From an uncultured Candidatus Rokubacteria bacterium (lineage in GTDB: Bacteria; Methylomirabilota; Methylomirabilia; Rokubacteriales; DASRDR01): DNA of 64,000 bases. The notes beneath the pieces are model-generated. The model saw nothing but the letters and a program-made list of their open reading frames with translations, made no database searches and was not told the origin of the DNA. The stretch is taken from NCBI GenBank assembly GCA_963708025.1, contig CAVPSB010000016.1, forward strand, positions 64,001 through 128,000, written 5' to 3'. This document shows, in pieces, positions 28,993-36,198 of the stretch; within the stretch, counting starts at the first letter, position 1, and each line of letters starts with the position of its first letter. The translations under genes were made by a program, and so were the position numbers.

Positions 28993-30001
28993 GTGAGGTG
29001 GCTACGCGCGCTGGCCGCCGTCGCCGGCGTGGCGGTCATCGCGTGGCTCGTCCGGGAGATCGGACCGCGGGCCCTCTGGACCCAGCTCGCGGCGCTCTCC
29101 TGGCGGGGGCCGGTCCTCGTCCTGCCGTACGGCCTGGTGGCGGTCCTGGACGCCGCCGGCTGGCGCTACGCCTTCCCCGGACGGCTGCCGCCGCTGCCGC
29201 TCTGCGTGGCCGTGCGCCTGGCCGGGGAGGCGGTGAACGTGACGACGCCGACGGCGACGCTCGGGGGAGAGCCGGTGAAGGCGTGGCTCATGACGCGGAG
29301 GGGGGTGCCGATCGTGGACGGCCTGGTCTCGGTGGTCATCGCCAAGACCACCCTGGTCGTCTCCCATCTCGGCTTCCTCGCCCTCGGGCTGATGCTGGCC
29401 GCTGCCCGGTTGCGGCCGGCCTCCGGGCTGCTGACCTCCATGGCGCTGCTGACCGGCGTGGGAATGCTGGCGATCGGGACGTTCGTCTGGGCTCAGCAGC
29501 GCGGGCTCTTCGGCGCCAGCGGGCGCGCCCTCGGCTGGATGGGGCTCGGCGCTCCCGTGGTCGGACACCTGACCCGCCTGGACGACCACGTGCGGGCCTT
29601 CTACCAGGGCCAGCGCGCTCGGCTGGGTCTCTCGCTGCTCTTTCACTTCCTCGGCTGGATCGCCGGCAGCGTCGAGGTCTGGCTGGCGCTCCGGTTCCTC
29701 GGCTCTCCGGTTCGACTTCGGCACCGCCATCGTCATCGAGGCGTTCGCCAGCGCGATCCGGTCGGCCACGTTCCTGATCCCCGCCTCGCTCGGCGTCCAG
29801 GAGGGGGGTCTCGTGGGGATCTTCTTCGCGCTCGGACTGGACGCCAGCGCCGGGCTGAGCTTCGGTCTGATCCGCCGCGTGCGGGAGGTCACGTGGGCCC
29901 TGGTCGGCTACGGCTTCCTCGTGGCGTGGCGTGACGCGCGGGACCCGACCGCGCCCCTCGGCGGGCCTCCGGTCGCGGGCGGGCGGGGCGCCGTGGGCTA
30001 A
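28993..30001 (+). CDS. Lysylphosphatidylglycerol synthase TM / flippase-like protein (HpnL/UPF0104-like; +1 frameshift near 29711)
   Basis: RLAGEAVN..TP...LGGEPVKA; IPASLGVQEGG and LIRRVRE in the next frame. Confidence 0.8.
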
Positions 30002-30052
30002 GATGGAAGCCGGCCCCGGGGTGGTCGATCACGGCGGGCCGGGAGGCACACA

Positions 30053-30277
30053 GTGGCCAAGCTTGCGCTGCTCATTTCGCTGATCGCGCTGGTGATCGCG
30101 ATCCTGGCCTACAAGGAAGCCGGGGGGACGCGCGCGCTGGACGAGCACGTCCGCGCGCTGCAGGGGGCCCTCGACGCTGCCCGGCGGGAGAGCGCCGACG
30201 CCCTCGCCCGGCTGGAGCGAGCCCTCCGGTCGTCGGACACCCAGGAGAGCGCGCCCGCCAAGCCGGCCCCCAAGTGA
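30053..30277 (+). CDS. Small membrane-anchored helical hypothetical protein
   Basis: RBS GGAGG, N-terminal TM, heptad-like tail. Confidence 0.65.
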   Translation: MAKLALLISLIALVIAILAYKEAGGTRALDEHVRALQGALDAARRESADALARLERALRSSDTQESAPAKPAPK

Positions 30278-30278
30278 C

Positions 30279-30344
30279 TCTTCGGGGGGTCTCGGAAGAC
30301 CCCCCGATGCCCCCGCGGAGGCCGCGGCGAAGCGAAGGCAGCGG
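30279..30344 (+). repeat. Repeat family B, copy 2
   Basis: Matches reverse complement of 2082-2155; starts right after a stop codon. Confidence 0.8.
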
Positions 30345-30393
30345 AGAGGGCCCCTGTTTGATCCGGTCCGATCAGGGGCCCCCCCCGGAGGAC

Positions 30394-30615
30394 TTACAGC
30401 CCGAAGCCGAGGGGAGCGCGGGAGGCCGGAGACTCCACCCCCCGCCGCCGAAACTCGGCCCGGAGCACCCCGCCATCGGGCCCTCGCATCGCCTCTCGCA
30501 GCGCGACTTCGGGGGTGAGCGGGCCGGGGGCCGTCTCCTCCAGCCGGTGCGAGATCTCGAGCAGACCCACGAACAATCCCATGATTCCGCCGAGCGCCGC
30601 CAGCTCAATCAGCAT
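30394..30615 (-). CDS. Small hypothetical protein with N-terminal TM
   Basis: RBS GAGGAGG 5 nt upstream; follows 30626-31006 in an operon. Confidence 0.55.
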   Translation of the reverse strand: MLIELAALGGIMGLFVGLLEISHRLEETAPGPLTPEVALREAMRGPDGGVLRAEFRRRGVESPASRAPLGFGL

Positions 30616-30625
30616 GGCATCCTCC

Positions 30626-31006
30626 TCACGCGACCTTCATGCGCGGGGCGATCACCGCCAGGTGCCCGACGATCCGCGCCGGCTCCTCCTGGGGGGTGAG
30701 CACCACCTCGTACCCGCTCGCGCACGTCCGATCCAGCACGCGCTGCGTGATGGCGAGGACGCGCGTGACCAGCGCGGGACGAGAGAACGGCACGGCGATC
30801 CGCACCTGCCAGGGGCGTCCCACCGGCCGGGCGACGATCGGCGCGACCACGGAGCCCAGCTCGGCGCCGATGGCATCGGTAAGCGCGATCTGGCGCGCGA
30901 TGGCCGCGTCGATCCGGCGCTCCCGCCAGGCAGTGAGCTGCAGCAGGACCACGACCGCGATCAGGGGCGACAGCGTGAGTCCCAAGACGGCCAGCGATGT
31001 GATCAT
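30626..31006 (-). CDS. Hypothetical protein with N-terminal TM
   Basis: Strong RBS AAGGAGG; candidate ECF promoter upstream. Confidence 0.7.
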   Translation of the reverse strand: MITSLAVLGLTLSPLIAVVVLLQLTAWRERRIDAAIARQIALTDAIGAELGSVVAPIVARPVGRPWQVRIAVPFSRPALVTRVLAITQRVLDRTCASGYEVVLTPQEEPARIVGHLAVIAPRMKVA

Positions 31007-31025
31007 GTTGTCCTCCTTCGCCCCC

Positions 31026-31054
31026 TATGACCCCGCAAGAACGCCCCCGTGAAA
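31026..31054 (-). promoter_or_regulatory. Candidate ECF sigma promoter
   Basis: TTTCAC-N14-GGGGTCATA, same motif found twice upstream of the ECF gene. Confidence 0.6.
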
Positions 31055-31216
31055 CGCTCAGCGGAGAAAAACCGGTGGGAGGAGATGTCGGGCGGAGCCA
31101 ACGCGGGGCGGAGGCCCGCCGAGGCGGGCCAGCGACCGAGGACGAAGCTAGGCGCAGCTAGGCTTCGCCTAGTCGTCAACGTGAGGCGGGCATCCCGAGT
31201 CGAGGGGGGCGAGGAA

Positions 31217-31419
31217 GGCGCGGAGCCGAGGAGCGAGCCGCGCTAGGACGCAGGGAGTCGCCCACCGCAGGCGTATGCCGCATACGCCGAGGATGGGCGA
31301 CGAACCGAGGACGACCATAGGTCGGGACGGACGCGAGGCCGTAGGCCGAGCGCGTCCCGGCCGAGATGGACGTCGCGAAGCTCATCGGCCCCGCGCCCGA
31401 AGCTCATCGGCCCCGCGCC
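31217..31419 (+). repeat. Structured repeat family A, copy 5 (A2) with 22-bp tandem duplication of its end
   Basis: Near-identical to 6954-7135; cgaagctcatcggccccgcgcc at 31376-31397 and 31398-31419. Confidence 0.9.
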
Positions 31420-32363
31420 AGGGGGTGGAGGTCGGGGCGGCACGAGGTGCACGGCGCCAGCCCGACGGCTTCCGCCCGCGCCCGGGAGCCGAACAGCCGA
31501 CCCCCCAGCGGGAACGGATCGACGGAGGCGCAGCTCGGCAGGCAGTACTCGCGGTCACCCGGCGCCAGCACGTACATGGCGTCCCGCACGACGTGGAGAT
31601 CGTCGTGCCCTCGCACGATCGGGATCCCCTCCGCCTCCAGCAGCTTCCGCTTGGTCGCCTCGCCACCCGCGTAGCCGGTGAGCGCCCCCGAGCTGCCGAT
31701 CACCCGGTGGCAGGGGATCACGATCGGCAGCGGGTTCCAGCGCAGAGCCTGCGCCGCCGCCCGCACCGCGCGCGGTCGCCCGACCTCGCGGGCCAAGCCG
31801 GCGTACGACGCGACCGCCCCGTACGGGATCGCGGCCGTCGCCTGCAGCACGTCCCGATGGAAGTCGCTCTGCACCAGCCGGAGGTCGAGCGGCCAGGAGA
31901 GGCGCGCCCGACGGCCGTCCAGGTACTCCAGCAGCTCGCCGTGCAGCACCTCGACGTCGTCCCCCTCCACCAGCTCCGCTCCGAGGCGCCGCAGCCTGGA
32001 GGTGTCGGGCCGGTGGGCCCGCCCGAGGAACTCGATCAGCAGCACGCCCTGCTCGGACCGCGCGATGAGGATGTTGCCGATCGGCGACGGAAAGACCCGG
32101 TAGGCGACGAGCCGGCTCCGGAGATCCGCGAGCCTCGACTCCAGCTCGGCCCGCGCCCGCGTGACGTGGGGGGCCGCCAGGAGATGGCTCCGCATGGCCG
32201 TCACCTCGCCCTCGATGGCCCGATACCGCGCCAGCTCGTCACGGCAGGGGCCGCACCGCTCGACGTGGGACTGGACCCGGTGCGCGGTCGCGGCCTCCGC
32301 CTCGCCGACCGCGGTGGCGACCAGGTCGGGCTCGATGTCCACGCAGACCGCAGACTTGCTCAC
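31404..32363 (-). CDS. Fusion: zinc anti-sigma (ZAS) domain + methylated-DNA-protein-cysteine methyltransferase + Ada-type Zn domain
   Basis: C-x25-HVERCGPC; IPYG..SY, NPLPIVIPCHRVI, GYAGG; YCLPSC-x26-CTSCRP. Confidence 0.88.
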   Translation of the reverse strand: MSKSAVCVDIEPDLVATAVGEAEAATAHRVQSHVERCGPCRDELARYRAIEGEVTAMRSHLLAAPHVTRARAELESRLADLRSRLVAYRVFPSPIGNILIARSEQGVLLIEFLGRAHRPDTSRLRRLGAELVEGDDVEVLHGELLEYLDGRRARLSWPLDLRLVQSDFHRDVLQATAAIPYGAVASYAGLAREVGRPRAVRAAAQALRWNPLPIVIPCHRVIGSSGALTGYAGGEATKRKLLEAEGIPIVRGHDDLHVVRDAMYVLAPGDREYCLPSCASVDPFPLGGRLFGSRARAEAVGLAPCTSCRPDLHPLARGR

Positions 32364-32893
32364 CGCCGCGACTCCTTCCTCTCCGACAGCCCGCGCCCGT
32401 CGAGGGCCCGCCGGATCTTGCGCAGCGCCTGGAAGACGTGGGCCCGCGCGCTCTCGGCCGAGCAGCTCAGGCTCCGGCCGATGGCCTCGTAATCGAGATC
32501 GTGGATCTTTCGCTGGAGGAAGGCGACCCGCTGCTTGAACGGCAGGCCCGCGACGACCGCCTCGACGGCGGCCCCCACCTCGCGCGAGATCGCCACCCGA
32601 TCCGGTCCCGCACAATCGGCCTCGACCATCACACCCGACACGGCGGCATAGGCCAGCCGGCGACGCTTCATGCCCCGGAAGTAGTTCCGGCAAAGGTTCG
32701 TCGCGATGGTGAAGAGCCAGGCCCGCACGTTGGCGTCCTTCGGCAACGCCCGGTATGCCCGGTACGCCCGGAGAAACGTCTCCTGGGACAGGTCGTCGGC
32801 GTCGCCCGTCCGCCCGGTCGTGCGTAGGACGTATCGATAGATCTCCGCGTGGTGCGTGGCCACCATTTCCTCGAACTCCGCATCGTCAATCAC
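32360..32893 (-). CDS. ECF sigma-70 factor (alternative in-frame GTG at 32974)
   Basis: ADDLSQETFLRAY, RAWLFTIATNLCRN, LPFKQRVAF, YEAIGRSL.CS.ESARAHVFQAL. Confidence 0.93.
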   Translation of the reverse strand: MIDDAEFEEMVATHHAEIYRYVLRTTGRTGDADDLSQETFLRAYRAYRALPKDANVRAWLFTIATNLCRNYFRGMKRRRLAYAAVSGVMVEADCAGPDRVAISREVGAAVEAVVAGLPFKQRVAFLQRKIHDLDYEAIGRSLSCSAESARAHVFQALRKIRRALDGRGLSERKESRR

Positions 32894-32898
32894 CTGAT

Positions 32899-33007
32899 GA
32901 GACCCCGTGACCGGCCCCGGTGTGAAAGCGCCCCTTCGTGCCTCGTCTCGGGCGCCGTGACGCTCCCCGATCACTTACTGAAACCCCGGCCGGGACGCGA
33001 TGTGAAA
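32899..33007 (-). promoter_or_regulatory. Two tandem candidate ECF promoters
   Basis: TTTCAC-N14-GGGGTTTC (33007-32980) and TTTCAC-N15-GGGGTCTC (32927-32899), each 5 nt before an in-frame GTG. Confidence 0.6.
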
Positions 33008-33030
33008 CGGCCCGGCCCCGGCTGGCGGGT

Positions 33031-35853
33031 CTAGGAGGGGGCATCGAGGATCTCGCGCACCCTGCCGGCCAAGGTGGCAGGCGAAAAGGGCTTGTGGAGC
33101 AGGGCCGCGGCCGGCAGGCCATCCCCGGCCTCCGCCACCCGGTCGGCGTAGCCCGAGACGTACAGGAGCCGCACGCCCGGCCGGATGGACGCCAGGCGCC
33201 GGGCGAGCCCGGGACCGTCCATCCCGGGCATGACCACGTCGGTCAGCAGGAGAGCGATCGGTCCCCGGTGCGCCTCGGCGATCTCGAGAGCCTGGTGGCC
33301 GTGACGCGCCTCCAGCACCGTGTACCCCCCCGATTGTAAGACCTCGCGGGCCAGATCCCGCACGGCGTCCTCGTCCTCGACCAGCAGGATCGTCTCGGTC
33401 CCCCCCGGCGCCTCGCCTTCGGCCCGGCCCGGCCGCGCCGGCTCGACCGGCTCCCCGACCTGGGGCAGGAAGATGGCGAAGGTGCTGCCCGAGCCCGGCG
33501 CGCTGCGCACGGCGATGGCGCCACCGCTCTGCTTGACGATCCCGTACACGGTGGCCAGCCCCAGCCCCGTCCCCTTCCCCAGCTCCTTGGTCGTGAAGAA
33601 CGGCTCGAAGAGATGGGCCCGGGTGCCGGCTGACATCCCGACGCCGGTGTCGCTGACCGACAGCCGGACGTAGGTGCCGGCGGGGATGTCGAGCGGTGCC
33701 TCGACCGGCGCCGCCGTCACCTCCACGTTGGCCGTCTCGATGGTCAGCGTGCCGCCGGCGGGCATCGCGTCGCGCGCGTTGACGACCAGGTTCAGGATCA
33801 CCTGCTCGAGCTGGCCGGGGTCCGCCCGGATCGCGCCCAGGTCCGGCGCCAGCGTGGTGCGCAGCTCGATGTCCTCGCCGATCAGCCGGCGGAGCATGTT
33901 CTCGATCCCGTCGACGATGACGTTCAGGTCGAGGACGCGCGGGTCGAGCATCTGCTTGCGGCTGAACGCCAGCAGCTGGCGGGTCAGCGAGGCGGCCCGG
34001 TCGGCCGTCTGCTCGACGAGGGCGATCTGGCGCCGCAGCGGGTCGTCCGGCCCGAGCCGCTGGAGGACGAGCTGGCTTCGCCCCTTGATGACGGTCAGGA
34101 GGTTGTTGAAGTCGTGGGCGATCCCGCCTGCCAGCCGGCCGATCGCTTCCATCTTCTGAGCCTGGGCGAGCTGGTCCTGGGTCCGCGCCAGCTCGTCGTA
34201 GGCGCGGGTGGTCTCATCCACCTTCTGCTGGTGCTCCCCGAGGAGCCGGGCGGTCTCGGCGTAGAGGCGGGCGTTCTCCAGGGCGATCGCGGCCTGGTTG
34301 GCGAAGGCCTGAAGCAGGTGGCCATCCTCGTCGTCGAAGAGCCGGCCGGGCCGGTCGCGGACGGACAGGGCGCCGATCACGCGGCTCCCCACGAGCAGCG
34401 GCGCCGCCAGGACCGCCAGAACCGAGCGATGAGGCGGGTCCTCGCGCCCGGCGCCGGTCGGTGGGGAGGCCGTCAGCCGGGGATCCGCCTGGAAATCCGG
34501 TGTCGCCACCGGCCGCCGCTCACGCACCGCCAGGTGAACCACCTCGGTGTCGGCGCCGGCATCTGCTGTTTCGGAAGCGACGGCCTCGCCCGACACGGCC
34601 AGGACATCGAGCGTGTTCGTCACCGGATGCAGACGGAACAGGGTCGCGCGGGTCGTGCCGAGCATCAGCCGGACGCTGTCCGCGATGCGCTGCCGGACCT
34701 CGTCGGGATCCAGCGATTGCGACACGAGGCGGCCGACATCGGCCAGGCTCTCCGCCGCCCGGCGCCGCCGATCGGCCTCCGCGTAGAGCCGGCCGTTGTG
34801 GATGGCGACCGCCGCCTGATCGGCCACTCGAAAGAGCACCGACTCGTCCAGATCGGTGAACGGCCGCGGGGCGCGGTTGTCGACGTAGAGGAGACCCTCG
34901 ACCTCGTCGCCGATCCGGATCGGCACCACCATCTCGCAGACGACTCCTTCGTCACGGATGACGTCGAGGTAGTCCTTGGTGATCCGGGGATCGCCGGCGT
35001 AGTCGTCGGTCCGGAACGGTTGCCCGGTCACCAGCACCAGCCCGCCCGCGCCCTTCCCGCGCTCGACGATCATCACGGCGTCCTGGGGAGATCGGGCGCC
35101 GACCCGGTAGCGCGGGACCACGTTGGCCGTGAGCCGATCCCGCAGGCCGACCCAGGCCACGTCGGCCTCGCACAATTCACGGGCGGCCTCGGCGACCTGC
35201 TGGAGCACCGTATCGAGGTCGAGCGAGGCGTTGATGGTGCGGGCGATGTCGGCAATCACCTCGGCCTCGCGCCCGCGGCGCTGGGCTTCCTCGTAGAGCC
35301 GGGCGTTGCCGATCGCGATCGCCGCCTGCTGGGCGATCCCGTCCACCAGCCGCAGCTCCTCGGGCGTGAACCGATGCGCCGCGGTCAGCCACACCGCGGC
35401 GAAGCACCCCACGACCTCGCCCTTGAGCAGCATCGGCTGGACCAGGGCGGACCGGTGGGGCACGTTCCGGAGCGGCGGGTACTCGAACCGGCGATCGGCC
35501 TGGCTGTCCTCGGCGTAGATCGGACCCCCGAGCCGCGCCGCCGCCTCCATGAGGGGATGGCGGGCGTCGACGGCGTTCTGCCGGAGCGTATCGAGCACTG
35601 CCGGGGGGACGTGATAGCCGGCGAGCGGGACGAGCTGACGGCGGTCGGCGCTCAGACCCCAGGCGCCACCGGTATCCGCCCCGAGCGCCCGGACCAGGGC
35701 GCGGGTGGCGCGCCGGACCACCTCCCGGAGCTGGAGCGTGGAGCCGACCGCCTGACTGACGGCCAGCAGCGTCTCCGCCTCGGTCGGTCGCGCCTCGAAC
35801 GGCCGGCTGGGCTCCGGAGTGTCACGCGCTCGGGAGCGATCGGCGTCGGCCAC
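33031..35853 (-). CDS. Cytoplasmic hybrid histidine kinase (3 GAF + HisKA + HATPase + REC)
   Basis: Three GAF repeats ending IAIxNARLY-like, AGGIAHDFNNLL, NARDAM, GTGLGL, LLVEDE...TDVVMP. Confidence 0.95.
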   Translation of the reverse strand: MADADRSRARDTPEPSRPFEARPTEAETLLAVSQAVGSTLQLREVVRRATRALVRALGADTGGAWGLSADRRQLVPLAGYHVPPAVLDTLRQNAVDARHPLMEAAARLGGPIYAEDSQADRRFEYPPLRNVPHRSALVQPMLLKGEVVGCFAAVWLTAAHRFTPEELRLVDGIAQQAAIAIGNARLYEEAQRRGREAEVIADIARTINASLDLDTVLQQVAEAARELCEADVAWVGLRDRLTANVVPRYRVGARSPQDAVMIVERGKGAGGLVLVTGQPFRTDDYAGDPRITKDYLDVIRDEGVVCEMVVPIRIGDEVEGLLYVDNRAPRPFTDLDESVLFRVADQAAVAIHNGRLYAEADRRRRAAESLADVGRLVSQSLDPDEVRQRIADSVRLMLGTTRATLFRLHPVTNTLDVLAVSGEAVASETADAGADTEVVHLAVRERRPVATPDFQADPRLTASPPTGAGREDPPHRSVLAVLAAPLLVGSRVIGALSVRDRPGRLFDDEDGHLLQAFANQAAIALENARLYAETARLLGEHQQKVDETTRAYDELARTQDQLAQAQKMEAIGRLAGGIAHDFNNLLTVIKGRSQLVLQRLGPDDPLRRQIALVEQTADRAASLTRQLLAFSRKQMLDPRVLDLNVIVDGIENMLRRLIGEDIELRTTLAPDLGAIRADPGQLEQVILNLVVNARDAMPAGGTLTIETANVEVTAAPVEAPLDIPAGTYVRLSVSDTGVGMSAGTRAHLFEPFFTTKELGKGTGLGLATVYGIVKQSGGAIAVRSAPGSGSTFAIFLPQVGEPVEPARPGRAEGEAPGGTETILLVEDEDAVRDLAREVLQSGGYTVLEARHGHQALEIAEAHRGPIALLLTDVVMPGMDGPGLARRLASIRPGVRLLYVSGYADRVAEAGDGLPAAALLHKPFSPATLAGRVREILDAPS

Positions 35854-35987
35854 GGCATCTCCTTCGCGGGCCCGTCGGTGTCCGGGCGCGGAAGGGCCTC
35901 GCCACTGGACGCCGGCGTGGTCTGACCAGGGGCCTCATGATACACCCCCCCCTGGCCGGCGAGGGCCCGGAATGGCCGCCCGAGGAA

Positions 35988-36143
35988 TCAGGCCGCGAAG
36001 GCGCGCGGCGGGGCGGGGTCCGAGACGGGTCGGGCCCCGGCAGCGACCGCGAGAATGTAGTCGGCGAACCGTGCGGTGGGGTCGAACCCCAGGAGCGCCG
36101 GCGCGTCGGTGACGAAGTTGGACGTCGCGTTCACGTCGTAGAA
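35988..36143 (-). pseudogene. C-terminal remnant of a RimK-like ATP-grasp protein
   Basis: FYDVNATSNFVTDAPALLGFDPTARFADYIL, no in-frame start before the upstream gene. Confidence 0.5.
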
Positions 36144-36198
36144 GGAGACGCAAGGCCGCGGCTTCGGGGGGCCGGGGGCGGGCCGGATCAGGCAGCGG

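Noticed and set aside
3113-31419. Family A repeats as a CRISPR array
   Set aside because: Dispersed, 100-200 bp, no repeat-spacer periodicity, no cas genes
6943-31452. Similar short ORFs at 6943-7179, 13997-14347, 16565-16784, 31176-31452
   Set aside because: Translations of the family A repeat
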